A DNA stretch of 51,154 nucleotides, taken from NCBI RefSeq assembly GCF_001194135.2, contig NC_068982.1, positions 19,243,626 through 19,294,779 of the forward strand, given 5' to 3'. The DNA comes from Octopus bimaculoides. Taxonomy: Eukaryota. Positions 11,836-23,927 of the stretch are shown here, piece by piece (positions within the stretch are counted from its first letter, which is position 1; each line of letters starts with the position of its first letter). The position numbers were made by a program, and so were the translations under genes. The notes beneath the pieces are model-generated. The model did not search any database, was not told where the DNA came from, and saw only the letters and a program-made list of their open reading frames with translations.

Positions 11836-12586
11836 TATGTATATGAGGACGAATATACATATGCATGTCTATCTGTATGTATAAATGCATGTATACATCT
11901 CTGTGTATATTCACTGAAACAGATTCACTATACGGCATGGTTGCATGTTAGCTATAATATGGGTGTGTCTTCACTAGACACCCATTTGTACCCTCATATT
12001 GAAAACTAGATACTGTAGTTAAACCGCATGTTGTTTTCATTCTGTGAGAAGAAAAAGAGTTCGACTAACATGTTTTAGCATTTTCTCCCGCGCCACCATG
12101 ATCGGTTACACTTTTTTTTTCGGAACACAGTATAGCATGAACGAACTATGACAAAAAATAATCTGCACTGCTGTAATTCGTATAATATTATAGCAAGCTC
12201 TGGTTTGCATTAATTTACTGACAGAAGCATTTTTGGATTCACAGGATTGAAGTTGAATTTACAAAAGAGTTTCCTTAGCAAAAACACATTTCTTTTATAG
12301 CACAGAAACTATTGTGAATATTGTGACACTTTCCGTCAACTAACGATATGCTTATTTGCTATTTAGCACTATGCATCTTATACACCATACTGCCTCGAGA
12401 CGAATACTGCAGTTGCCTGGCTTTATGCAGCATGTCTACGTTATGTAGGATACACACACACACATATGTATGTCTACGTCATGTAGATATGCACATATAT
12501 ATATATATCTGTTCTGTAGTTTATACACACACACATATGTGTGTACGTGTGTACGTGTGCGTGTTTGTGTACGTGTTTGTGTTTGT

Positions 12587-12621
<35 letters not shown>

Positions 12622-13884
12622 AATCTGAAATACGAAATAAGTTCTCTGAAATCAATACACAAGTGTAACACTTCATCATCTCTTGTAAGTTTAATGAATA
12701 CATTCACTATGCTTAATACCGGAGTAAACGCCTTCATTGTTTTGTTCGGTATTAAGCACATTGCATATAAATTAGATCTTAATTCGAAAGTGTAGTGGTA
12801 TTTCAGCCTTTTAAGGATTCCAATAAATCACTTTCGGTCAATTTCTTCAATCTCAAAAGGAAAAACATCTTGAAGAATGCTCTCCTTGTTAGAAAATAAA
12901 TGATATCGACATGAGCTGCACATTAAGGGTGAACCAAAGGTTGGCCAAACACAGCATCAACTGAACAAGGGTAGGTTTTATTGTTCGCTTGCTACTAAAT
13001 CTTGCGTTTTTACTGAGGTTAACATATTCTTTTGGCTCGATCAGATTAAATATCTCAAAGGCTTACATTGATATGCCTTTGATAATATTCGAACTGCCGA
13101 ACTATTATAGACTCTGTTTACACATTTCCTTTTGTTACTTGTTTATTCTCCAACTCATTAAAAACGCTATTGAACTGGCGTGCGGTATCTTCCGAATCTC
13201 TTTAGATTACAGCAGAACCGTTTCTGTTATTGTATCTAGCTTGATGTAATGAATCGAGTCTCAAATAACAATCAATTCATGATCCAGATTAATTAATTAT
13301 GCTCTGTAGTTAACCAAAAATATATTTGTGGAATAATATGGAAATTTCGTCGAAAACTACTTTTTCTCTCTCTTTAATACACACACACACAGACACAGAC
13401 ACACACAGACACACATAATTGATTTAGACTTCATATAATGTGCAATTTAGAAAGCAGCTTAATTACTCAAATTTCCTTGTTTCACTTCTTAGGCAAGTCT
13501 CTATTGGCAAGTGTATTATTTAGTGGATCTAATGTTTTCATAATTTAGTAGCTTTCATAACATTTGATCACTGACGCTTTATTTGTCTAGTTCTCTCCTG
13601 CTGCAGAATATCATTTATTTGAGTCAGTGGAGTATAAACGAATACATATATTGTTCATTTCCATATAAATACCATGTTATATAATATTCTATGGACAGCA
13701 ATGTTAATTTCTTTTCTTAGTAAATTTGTCAGGTGAAACAACATTTTCATTGTACCTTTCTGGTTAAAAAGGATATTTCTGAAAACTGCTTTATTACAGC
13801 CTTCATTATCCGACAAGGCTTTTGAGATAACAATTGTTCTTATATTTTGAGAGACAATAATTTTCCGTTTGATTATGTTCTGAG

Positions 13885-14085
13885 TTAGCTTCAGGTCAGA
13901 CATGCCTGAGCAGGTTTATCATCAAAGTCTAATCAGCCATGATGATTTCATGTTTTTTTTTTTTTTTTTTAATTTTTTTTAAATATATGTTCCTGATTAA
14001 GCTGGCAAAGTGGGATTTAGGAGAGAGAGCAGTCTGTAATTTCTAGCAAATTTAGCGATCATGAAGAGGTTCTCTACTTGGCAAA
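13885..14085 (-). mobile_element. Old dispersed repeat, family E (working name)
   Basis: The minus strand TTTGCTAGAAATTACAG...CATGGCTG...CTTTGATGAT...CTGACC shares blocks with 25940-26080 (+), 50355-50420 (+), 23002-23058 (-), 30985-31035 (-), 24568-24595 (-) and 45447-45475 (-). Copies are highly diverged and compared by eye only. Confidence 0.45.
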
Positions 14086-15450
14086 TTTATTGGTTGCTTA
14101 AGTATGAATGCGAAGCGAAATTATTTTTATTTCTTTTGTGTTTTAGAAATTTCTTAGCCTTATTTATATCACCACCTTACTTTGGATAGTATTCGTCACT
14201 CGCTTTTTACAAGTACTAGTATATTCAATTCTACCGATATTATGTAAAAATCAATTTTGGTGAGGAAAAGGAAACTCTGGATAGCAAACCGGATTCGTAA
14301 TATTATAACTATCAATAATACAAATGCTAATTTTGAATACGCTTTGAGCGAGGTTTATTTGCGACAGCAGCCAAAATAAACCAAAATTGCATGGAAGTGC
14401 GGTAAATTTTTTTCTTTATTACATTATATAACACTGGGACAGGGAAAATAGCATCTACTGGTTGTAATATATTAAATAAAATGAAAAAGAAAAATCGATT
14501 CTTAACCAAAGGTAATATTTAAAGGAATTTGGTAATCTTTGCGGATGTATATTCACTCGCTACCATTTGTTGCTTTTTTTCTTCTCTATTTCTAAACTAT
14601 ATTTCTTGCATTCTAGTCAAATAGACCTCTAGATTAAAGCAAGAAAACCTACATAAACCCAATATATACGTAAAAGTATTTCTCTAGCCATTTTTACTTT
14701 TTCATCTTTTGCTTTCCGTGACTTCATTTCGTCTTCCTTGCTCATTGCTGTCTTATTAACAAAGATAAAAAAACGAGTAAAGATTTCAAACACACACCAA
14801 ATGTATCTTCTATCAATGAATCTCCATTGCTCCATTGTGATTGTTTCTTTTCTGATGTTTTTTTGTTTTTGTTTTTGTGTTTACGCTTCTTGTTAGACTG
14901 ATTGGAATTCCATTGATGTTTGTAGCATTCATGAAAAGGGTACCGCAGTTAGCTAACTCCAATGCGAGTACTGCAGTTAGCTAACTGAAATAATGTTACG
15001 TTCCGTCCTGTGCACAACTATAAGTTACCGGATTTATGCATAAATCTCAGAGTTGTAAGTTTTATATGCTCTCATCGCTAAATGTATATAGGACAGTTTA
15101 CAATATAAATATCAAAGCATTCTAGGGAAATCATGGTGTTGTAACGTTCAGAAGATTCTGAATATATACAGTATATTTTGTGCAAGTATTTATCAGGCTT
15201 TATGAAAAGTCGTCAGCAAATGTCTGCTAGACTGTTAATATAAGCATGTATATATATATATATATNNNNNNNNNNCCTAGGGAGCATGAGTTTGTTCATG
15301 GATGAACACAACACATGTTCCAGTGTTTTCAGTCTAAGATTTCACAAAGACACTGGGTTGTAAAATACTGATAAATGCACGTATAAGAATATGTTTAAGA
15401 CAGTTGGAATCCTCTTTGTGAGGCATTTGCAGCCTCCTCTCCTATCTACT

Positions 15451-15840
15451 GTGGAGGCGCAATGGCCCAGTGGTTAGGGCAGCGGACTCGCGGTCATATG
15501 ATCGCGGTTTCGATTCCCAGACTGGGCGTTGTGAGTGTTTATTGAGTGAAAACACCTAAAAGCTCCACGAGGCTCCGGCGGAGGATGGTGGCGAACCCTG
15601 CTGTACTCTTTCACCACAACTTTCTCTCGCTCTTTGTTCCTGTTTATGTTGTACCTATATTTCAAAGGGCCAGCCTTGTCACACTGTGTCACGCTGAATA
15701 TCCCCGAGAACTACGTTAAGGGTACATGTGTGTGTAGAGTGCTCAGCCACTTGCACGTTAATTTCACGAGCAGGCTGTTCCGTTGATCAGATCAACTGGA
15801 ACCCTCGACGTCGTAAGCGACGGAGTGCCAACAATAACAA
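15451..15840 (+). mobile_element. Full-length tRNA-derived SINE, family C, with 12-bp TSD
   Basis: Head GGAGGCGCAATGGCCCAGTGGTTAGGGCAGCGGACTCGCGGTC (A box, TCG anticodon-like), B box GGTTTCGATTCCC, A-rich tail. TSD CTCCTATCTACT at 15439-15450 and 15841-15852. Confidence 0.9.
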
Positions 15841-15983
15841 CTCCTATCTACTAAACCTAAACAGTCCCACCTTACATCTAAAACTCCCTTCAGATCCCCC
15901 ACTAACACTAGATCAGGACGTTCCTATGAAAGTTTCCAGAGTCCTGCCACTGTTGGGGCATAGACGGCAACTAGCCTGAAAAT

Positions 15984-16013
<30 letters not shown>

Positions 16014-16015
<2 letters not shown>

Positions 16016-16210
16016 TTCTACTAAAGGCACCAGGCCTGAAATTTGATGGAAAGGAGACCCCAGTGTTTCATTGCTACTTAATTCATCGACCACAAAAGCA
16101 TGAGAAGCCAAATCGGCCTCGGCGGATTTTGAACTCAGAACGTGGCGACAGGCAAAATAACGCTAATCATTTCGTAGCACGTGCTGACTATTCCGCCAGT
16201 TCGCCACCTT
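16014..16210 (-). mobile_element. tRNA-derived SINE, family B
   Basis: Reverse complement of the family B pattern GGTGGCGA(G/A)CTGGC...TTAGCG...GTTCTGAGTTCAAA...CCGCCGAGG. Flanked by (AAT)n on both sides. Confidence 0.85.
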
Positions 16211-17222
16211 TCTAATAATGATAAAAATAATAATAATAGTAATAATAATAATAATAATATACAGAGAATGAAAATATATCATTCAGTGTAAGCACATGCA
16301 CTTATCTCCTGTCTTCCACTGGTCATTAATTCAAACTCTGTGAGCCATTCAGCTTTTTCCTTCATGATTCAATGCATCTAAATGTGTTTATACATTACAA
16401 CGCTAATAAAGCGGTTGGTTCCTAACCGTTCGTCTGTCTGTATATGCATATTCTATTTGCAATATAATCTGACACTAGATAGCTGGCGCCAGATTATTTT
16501 CCAAACCATACGTGAAGTTTCAAATGATATTACTTACTTTTCGTGCAAATATACGGACTGTTCAGAATGTTGTTGTATGTACTATTGGATAGAGTTAATC
16601 GCTTTGTCGTATTGAAGCATACACGATGATTTGATTAAAGTTGTCATAATATGGAGCATAATCTCTTTCTGTTTATCGTTTCTGTATTAGTACATACTTT
16701 TAAGATTATATAAAATAAATATTTCGAAACCCGGCAGTAAAGTGAGTTCCATTTCAGAACCTTTGATTTATTTATTTATTTATTCATTCATTCAGAAATC
16801 ATTGAGTTTCAAAATGGCTTCAGATTGCTGACCATTTTATGACTTCATTTATTAATTATATTTCATCGTGATATATTTATATAATATCATTTATTTATTT
16901 GATTAACGTATTGACTAACATAATCGTTGGAGTACTATTTCTGTTTCATCTTGGTGGCAACGAGTGATAACGGTTTACGTTCGACTGTTGATGAATTATT
17001 CTTCTGGTGTATTAACTGTTACTGAGTTTGCAAATTCAAAAAAAGAATTGATAACACCCATGGTGTGTCATTATACAGGGTGAAGTGTATTTATATTTAT
17101 GTTGCTGTGGAAGCTATTTTCAATACCGTATAGTGTCTAACGTAACCGTAGATGTCAGCGTTTTACTTGACAGTGCTTTACTTGACAGCATTGTATTTAA
17201 TTATGGTTATTGAAATAAAACA

Positions 17223-17335
17223 TGTAGTAGTAGTAGTAGTAGTCGTTGTAACAACAACAACAAAAAGAACGACGACGACAACAACAATAATAATAGTAAT
17301 AACAACAACAACAACAACAATAATAATAATAATAA
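17223..17335. repeat. Compound (TAG)/(AAC)/(GAC)/(AAT) trinucleotide tract
   Basis: Direct reading. Confidence 0.9.
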
Positions 17336-17877
17336 ATGCCCGGGTGCAATACCAGGCGGTGGCTCTCATGGCTTCTGGTCTTAATTAATTGGAAGTGTTA
17401 TCATGTACATTGTTTTGTCTCGGTATAAAAGATAGGCTACAGCAAATATTCTGCTTAATACCACAGATTTGCTTGTCAGTTGTTTAACCTTAACCAGTTG
17501 AGCATGTCCCTTGGTGGCTGACGATATATGCATCGCTGATCATGAGCAGAAGTAGTCGGGGAACATCATAGACATGTGTTGAGAGGAATGTTGGGGGGTT
17601 TGGAAACATGGGTGTTTTGTTCAACATCCTTAAACAAACCTTATTCAGGGACCTTTTGAGCGGGATGGGCTACTCGACCTGAAGTAAATTCTTACTGGGC
17701 CCCACCTGCGAGGTCATGCGCTGTTTATTTTGATATGAGATCACCACGTCGCGCACATATGATTGTGATGCATGTGCCTGGCTTTACCCTTATCAGATGG
17801 GTAGTCATGATGGGTATAATGGGCTTCATATATTTTACTCCAGTGTCACTTTGATGGGATGCACTGCTCTCTCACTC
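17336..17877. mobile_element. ~540-bp non-coding interspersed element embedded in an (AAT)n tract
   Basis: High-complexity block with sharp boundaries against (AAT)n on both sides and no credible ORF. I recall it as a common octopus repeat but cannot verify that here. Orientation is uncertain. Confidence 0.55.
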
Positions 17878-17910
<33 letters not shown>

Positions 17911-18049
17911 GTAGATTGACAAAATTATTTTTTGAACCATTTGAAGACACACGAGATGTCGAAATATCGTTCACTGGATGACAATGGCACTCTTCTTTTA
18001 ATAATAATAATAATCATAATAATAATAATAAGAGCGGTAATAATAATAA

Positions 18050-18657
18050 CATTCTCGTCTCTGGATTTCTTGTGCTAACACCAAACGAATACAAAATTCG
18101 CCACGGTAGGGTAGGACAGTACTTGCACTGGAAAATATTTAGACACTACAAAATCACTACCTCTGCTTACTGGTATGAACATCATCCTGAGACAGTCGTT
18201 GAAGGTAAAAAATGTCACTATCCCCTGCGATTTTCCAGTCAACACCGACAGAATGATCGAAGCTAATCGACCAGATATAATTATTAAAGTCTGGGAAGAA
18301 AATACCGATAAAAATATATCTGCCAAGGAATTTGATAAACTAAGTAAATATAATGACCTGGAAATTGAAATGGGTGACCTACGTATGATAAAAAAGGGAT
18401 ATCAGAAACACTTAGATAAGATCCCAGGAGAACCATGTCTAAGAGAAATCCAAAAGATTGTAGTAGCAAGTACTGCCCCCATCCTTAGAAAAAGCCTATC
18501 CATTTAAATGTCTGTGTTGTATTACATGAATATATTTTGCTACCTCTCCTTACCGAGATTTCATTCATACTGTAACATCACTTATCCTTAACCCGCCCCA
18601 GGACGCTGAATGTGTTTAAACAATTGACTGTAGCAGACATGCAGACTACAAGTAAAA
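18050..18657 (+). mobile_element. 5'-truncated R4/Dong-type non-LTR retrotransposon (RLE endonuclease region + 3' UTR), pseudogenised
   Basis: Translates across one frameshift as VSGFLVLTPNEYKIRHGRVGQYLHWKIFRHY...WYEHHPETVVEG/KNVTIPCDFPVNTDRMIEANRPDIII...KEFDKLSKYNDLEIE...IPGEPCLREIQKIV...ILRKSLSI*. The RH..V...HW, RPDII and K..KY.DL motifs are typical of RLE-clade elements. (AAT)n lies on both sides. Confidence 0.85.
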
Positions 18658-18685
18658 AATAATAATAATAATTATATCACGTCAT

Positions 18686-19100
18686 AGGCGTAGGAGTGGA
18701 TGTGTTAAGTAGCTTGCTTACTGACCACATGGTTCGGGATTCAGTCCCAATTCGTTGCACCTTGGGCAAATGTCTTCTACTATAGCCTAGGGCTGACCAA
18801 AGCTTTGTGAATGGATTTGATAGAGGGAAACTGAAAGAGGCTCGTCGTATATATGTATATATATCTCTATGTGTGTGTGTATGTGTTTGTGTGTCTGTGT
18901 TTGTCCCCGCAACATCGCTTGACAACCGATGCTGGTGTGTTTATATCCCCGTAACTTAGCGGTTCGGCTTAGACACTGATAGAATAAGTACCGGGCTTAC
19001 AAAGAATAAGTCCTGGGGTCGATTTGCTCGACTAAAGGCGGTGCTTCAGCATGGCCACAGTCAAATGGCTGAAACAAGTAAAAGAGTAACAGAGTAAAGC
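18686..19100 (+). mobile_element. SINE family A, full length
   Basis: Same head, internal TA/TG tract and 3' half as 3344-3716. Ends in (AAT)n. Confidence 0.88.
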
Positions 19101-19106
19101 ATAATA

Positions 19107-19137
<31 letters not shown>

Positions 19138-19149
19138 TANNNNNNNNNN

Positions 19150-19183
<34 letters not shown>

Positions 19184-19561
19184 ATGAGATTATATGATTC
19201 ATGATTGGAATAGCAGGTTTTTCCTAGTTTCCAATGACATAGCGTTTAATTATATAAAGTAATATGTAGGCGATTATATTAAGAATAACTGTCAATATTT
19301 TATGTACCTTTATTATAATAATTACGTAGCCATTTCAATCCGTCCTGCTTTGGCAGTTGGCCAAGTATATTTCAGTTATAAAGCAGCACAATCAAAGCAT
19401 AACGATAACAAAGTGAATATGTACAAATTTTTGATTCCAACTAGTATGATTTAGAGACACTTTGCAGTTAGTGTAATCTATATCGTTCATCTAGACGTGT
19501 TCGAATCACGTCAATTGCTTTATTTCTCTTTCCTGCACTAAATCGGTGATTTTAACTACTA

Positions 19562-19688
19562 TATAGATTTCGAATTTTGGCACAAGGAAGATGAGGTTAG
19601 TCGATTACATCGAACCCCTCATCAGAATCTAAAAAATTCCGCGGAGCCCTTTGCCCAGTGTGCTAATGATTCTAACAGCTCACCGCCT
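19562..19688 (-). mobile_element. SINE family B, internally deleted
   Basis: Retains the head (AGCTCACCGCC) and the tail (TTTTGGCACAAGG...AGTCGATTACATCG) but lacks the middle. Confidence 0.65.
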
Positions 19689-19859
19689 TACTGTGAATGT
19701 ATAAATAATATTACTTATATGTATAAGTCAGGACGAAAAATGAATATTGTTAATTTATGATCAGTAAAAATTATTTATTTACCCCTGTTTCTAATGCCAT
19801 TGCAATGATATTAGAAACAGAGACACTTGTAACTAATAATGTAGGACTAGTTTTGAAAG

Positions 19860-20147
19860 CTTGGTATTTATTCTAGCGGACTTCCTTGTCGAACCGCTAA
19901 GTTACGGTGGCGTATACACACTAACAGCGGTTGTCAAACGGTGGTATAGTACAAAGGCGCAATGGCGCACAAACACACACACGCACACACACATATATAA
20001 CTTGTTTCTTTCTGTTTACCTTGACAAAATCCAATCACAAGTCTTTGGTCGGATCGGAATTACAATAAAACTCACATGCCCATATTGCCACGCAGTGGGA
20101 TTGAACCCGGAGCAATGTAGTTGGGTATGAAACTTCTTAAAACACAG
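19860..20147 (-). mobile_element. SINE family A, 3'-truncated
   Basis: GAACCGCTAAGTTACGG...GGTTGTCAA...CCACGCAGTGGGATTGAACCCGG is the reverse complement of family A blocks. Confidence 0.75.
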
Positions 20148-20148
20148 A

Positions 20149-20212
<64 letters not shown>

Positions 20213-21225
20213 ATATACACTTGCAAATATATATCATGTGTGTGTTTCTGTGTAAAATATTTGCCTAACTTCGCACTTAGCTTCATTTACTGAGATGTTC
20301 TATAAACAGTAGCTTGGATGCTGGTCTATTCCCCTCCTTACTTTTGTTGTTTTGTAAATTTCCTTCTCGTGATTAATATATATATATATCTTATTAAATT
20401 CTCAGTATTGTTCACAGCACAGTTATTTAGCAAATAAAGAAATTGAAACGAATTTCTAGGAATAGTTGCCTTTCTTATCTAGTGTATAAGCATAGACTTT
20501 GTAAATAGGACAAAATTCTGAAAGATATTTCATACGGAATCTCTGTAAACGTTCGTCTATAGTGTTTATATTTTTTTAATATATTTTTAGTTACACAACT
20601 TCCACACAGTTAATCATTCTAAGTATATGTACTCGTGTCAGTGCTTTTTGTTATCTGTTACTCAAAGGAAGAAAACGCCGTCTCGCATGACTTCTAAGTC
20701 AAGTCAGAGTAAGATAGAATATAACAAATAACAAAAAATATAAAGATCCCCACTAGGTTGCCCTAAACGGAATTAGTATTACATCAAGACATCTAGTTAG
20801 GCACTGACAGGAGACTTGTTCGAAATTCTTGTAACAGAGTGCAGTCAGATCTAAAGATACATAACGGTCTGCTGGTGCCGTTAAGCCAGCTGAAAGACGG
20901 GCGTGACTACAAACTTGTTAAGATAAAAAAAAAAAAAATATTTACACTCAAGTGTACTCTTCATTATTCAATTCCGGATCAGCTTGTGTTACCTGAGTCT
21001 TATTTACTTATTGAGAAATATTCTTCTATAAATAATCTCCAATATTCCATCCACACGTTCTTATATAGTAAGTTATTGCTGGGGATAGTGAATCGATTCT
21101 GTCTTATGACCCATGTTTATTACTAAGTCAGTTAGTATTTATGCATTTTCAGCTATTTCAACTATGCTAGTAATTATTAATATTCGGGAAATCTCCATTA
21201 GCACGCTGGGTAAAATGCATAACGT

Positions 21226-21416
21226 TATTCTTTTCTACTCTAGGTATAAGGCCCGAAATTTTGGGGGCGGGGCGCCAGTCGATTACATTGACTCCAGTAA
21301 GCATCTAGTACTTAATTTATCGACCTCGAAAGGAGGAAAAGCAAAGTTGACCTCGGCGGAATTTGAACTCAGAACGTAAAGACAGACGAAATACCGCTAA
21401 GTATTTTGCCTGGCGT
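21226..21416 (-). mobile_element. SINE family B
   Basis: GTCGATTACATTGACTCCAG...CAAAGTTGACCTCGGCGGAATTTGAACTCAGAACGTAAAG...AAATACCGCTAAG. Confidence 0.88.
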
Positions 21417-21993
21417 GCTTAGCGGTATTTCTTCCGACTTTAAGTTCTGAGTTCAAATTCCTCTGAGGTCGACTTTGCCTTTCATCATTTCAGGGTAGAT
21501 AAAATAAATACCAGTTGGACACTGGAGTCACTGTAATCGACTTATCCCCTGCCCAGAATTGCTAGTGTTGTGCCAAAATTTGAAACCAAAGTTTGCGAAG
21601 TCTTTGTTAGCGTCCTTCTTTACGTTCAGAGTTCAAATTCTGCCAATTTCGACTTTGCCTTTCATACTTTCGGGGTACGTAATATATGTGCCAGCTGAAT
21701 ACTGGTATCGATATAATCGACTTCCTACTCAACCCCCAGCATGTGCTAAAAATTTAATGTAATATCCCGTAAATCTAGGGCGGTGAGCTGGAAGAATCGT
21801 TGGCTTGCCCTCGTAAAACACTTAGCGGCATTTCGTCCATCTTCGTACTTTGAGTTAAAATCTGCCGAAGTCGACTTTGCTTTTCATCGTCCGAACTAGT
21901 TAAAATAAATAGCAGTTGAATACTGGATTCGTTGTAACTGACCTATCCCTACCCCGAAATTGCTGGCCTTGTGGCAAAAATTGAAACCAGTAT
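21417..21993 (+). mobile_element. Three head-to-tail SINE family B copies (21417-21590, 21615-21757, 21777-21993)
   Basis: Each carries GAGTT(C/A)AAA...CGACTTTGC(C/T)TTTCAT and the downstream (G/A)TAA(T/C)CGAC block. The third has the full head GGCGGTGAGCTGG. Confidence 0.85.
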
Positions 21994-22209
21994 TTGGGAA
22001 ATCACAGAAGAATACATTTATCTAAAACCACATGTTTACAGAGATTTTGTGCTTTTTCATTAACTTATTTAGACATACGTTAATGCAAGGTAGGTCAAGA
22101 ATTGTTATAAGCTATTGCCTATAGCATATCTATACCCACCGAATTGTAAGACACTAAGACTCTGTTTCTATTATTCGTATGTATAAGGAAAACGAACATG
22201 TACATCGTT

Positions 22210-22212
<3 letters not shown>

Positions 22213-22261
<49 letters not shown>
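22213..22261. repeat. (TA)n microsatellite
   Basis: Direct reading. Confidence 0.95.
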
Positions 22262-22262
<1 letters not shown>

Positions 22263-23757
22263 TTAAGCAACTGCGTACTAGATATCGTCTGCAAGTAACG
22301 CCGGTCAGATACTAACTGATGACTAATTGGTGGGTAATATTACATACTATACATGATTAGGAAAGACTATAGGAACATATAAAATTAACGAGAATCACAC
22401 GCATAAACATACACCCATGTGTATTTATAGAAGAAAAGAAGTACATTACATGCACGCACACATTTGTATTTATGTCCGCCTTTTTGTCTTTTTCGCCCTC
22501 CTTTTCTCTTTGTGTATGTATGTATGTATATATGTATGTATATATGTTGTGGACTCATTACAGCCCCTCCTTGATAAAACAGACAAAGAAAAATAATCTC
22601 AATCTCTTTATACTGTTTGGAAACGCTAAACTGAAATGTTATATATTAAAAAATATCTAATCTCAAAGAGAAGCAGTTGGCCTCACATCGCAACTTTATT
22701 GTAATTTAGTCAAGAGAATACTGAAGCAATTACTGCCATCATTTAACATCTTGGCTAGCTTCAGTAACATTAACTAAAAAGGAAACAGTTCCTAATTCTA
22801 TCTCGTTAACCTTCAAATTATACTTTTTAATATGTTTTCTTCCTCTCTTGCTTTTCAGGAAAATACATGTAGATATATTTTTTAAACTTGAACCAGATGT
22901 TATCAATCTTGATACTGTTGTGTAATACGCATTTTTCATATGACCTTCTAGGGAAACCTAATCTCGTCTCTGTAACCGAAGTTCTATTTGTTTATTTCCT
23001 CAAGTCAACTCTGGTCGAGCATGCTAGTAATAAATCTGTTCAGGTTATGACCATCCCTAGCAATAGATTACCTCGGATTACACTAGTCAATATATCGGAT
23101 TATTCTGAGTATTTAAATGATATTTCTAACAACTATAGCAACCACATAAAAATTTACTTGTTTGGCTTTTCATTTTCCTTTCCATTTAACTTCTCTCGAC
23201 CCATTAACTTAGCCAAAACCGAATCATGTCTCTGTCGAATTATGTATGAGGTTCAATAACCATTTTCGATCGGCTGGTTATTCAATTCACTTAGTGTTTA
23301 AGAATTGGTTGCAGAACTTATAGGGAACTACATGGCAACTCTTTCGAAGTTCTAACAATTTGACAATCCACTATTTCAAACTGGAACTTATTTACCGATC
23401 ATGAAATAAATAAATAAGAAAATGAAAAAGAAAAGATGAATCCATATAGAAACACAGAAAACTGGAACAGCCACTTTACCGAAGTGCAATATATGTCTAT
23501 ATTTACTAAAGTATCAGTGTAAGGATTACACTTGAATAGCAAATAAAACTCAATGGCTACCGTCGAACTCGAATGTACAGTAAGCATGAGTATTTATTTA
23601 AATATGTATAGATAAAAATATACATACATACTACAGGATGTCCACAAAGTCTGGGTACATGGGGATTAACACATACTTTAAGAAATTATTATTTCGTATA
23701 TTTAATTGTTTATGTTTTGATTGTATTTACTCCATGCACCCAGACCTTGTTGACACC

Positions 23758-23760
<3 letters not shown>

Positions 23761-23824
<64 letters not shown>

Positions 23825-23905
23825 CACACACAAGTGCATATATATATTTATACACACACACAAACATACACACGTATATACATATATATGATATACATAT
23901 ATATT
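23761..23905. repeat. (TA)n plus degenerate TA/CA tract
   Basis: Direct reading. Confidence 0.9.
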
Positions 23906-23927
23906 GGTATACGTATCTTTTTTTTTT

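Noticed and set aside
15453-15525. Functional tRNA gene
   Set aside because: No closed acceptor stem or terminator; it continues into a SINE body with TSDs. The same applies to the other tRNA-like heads.
21226-21993. CRISPR-like or satellite array
   Set aside because: Units are about 200-bp diverged SINE copies in mixed orientation in a eukaryotic context, with no repeat-spacer structure.
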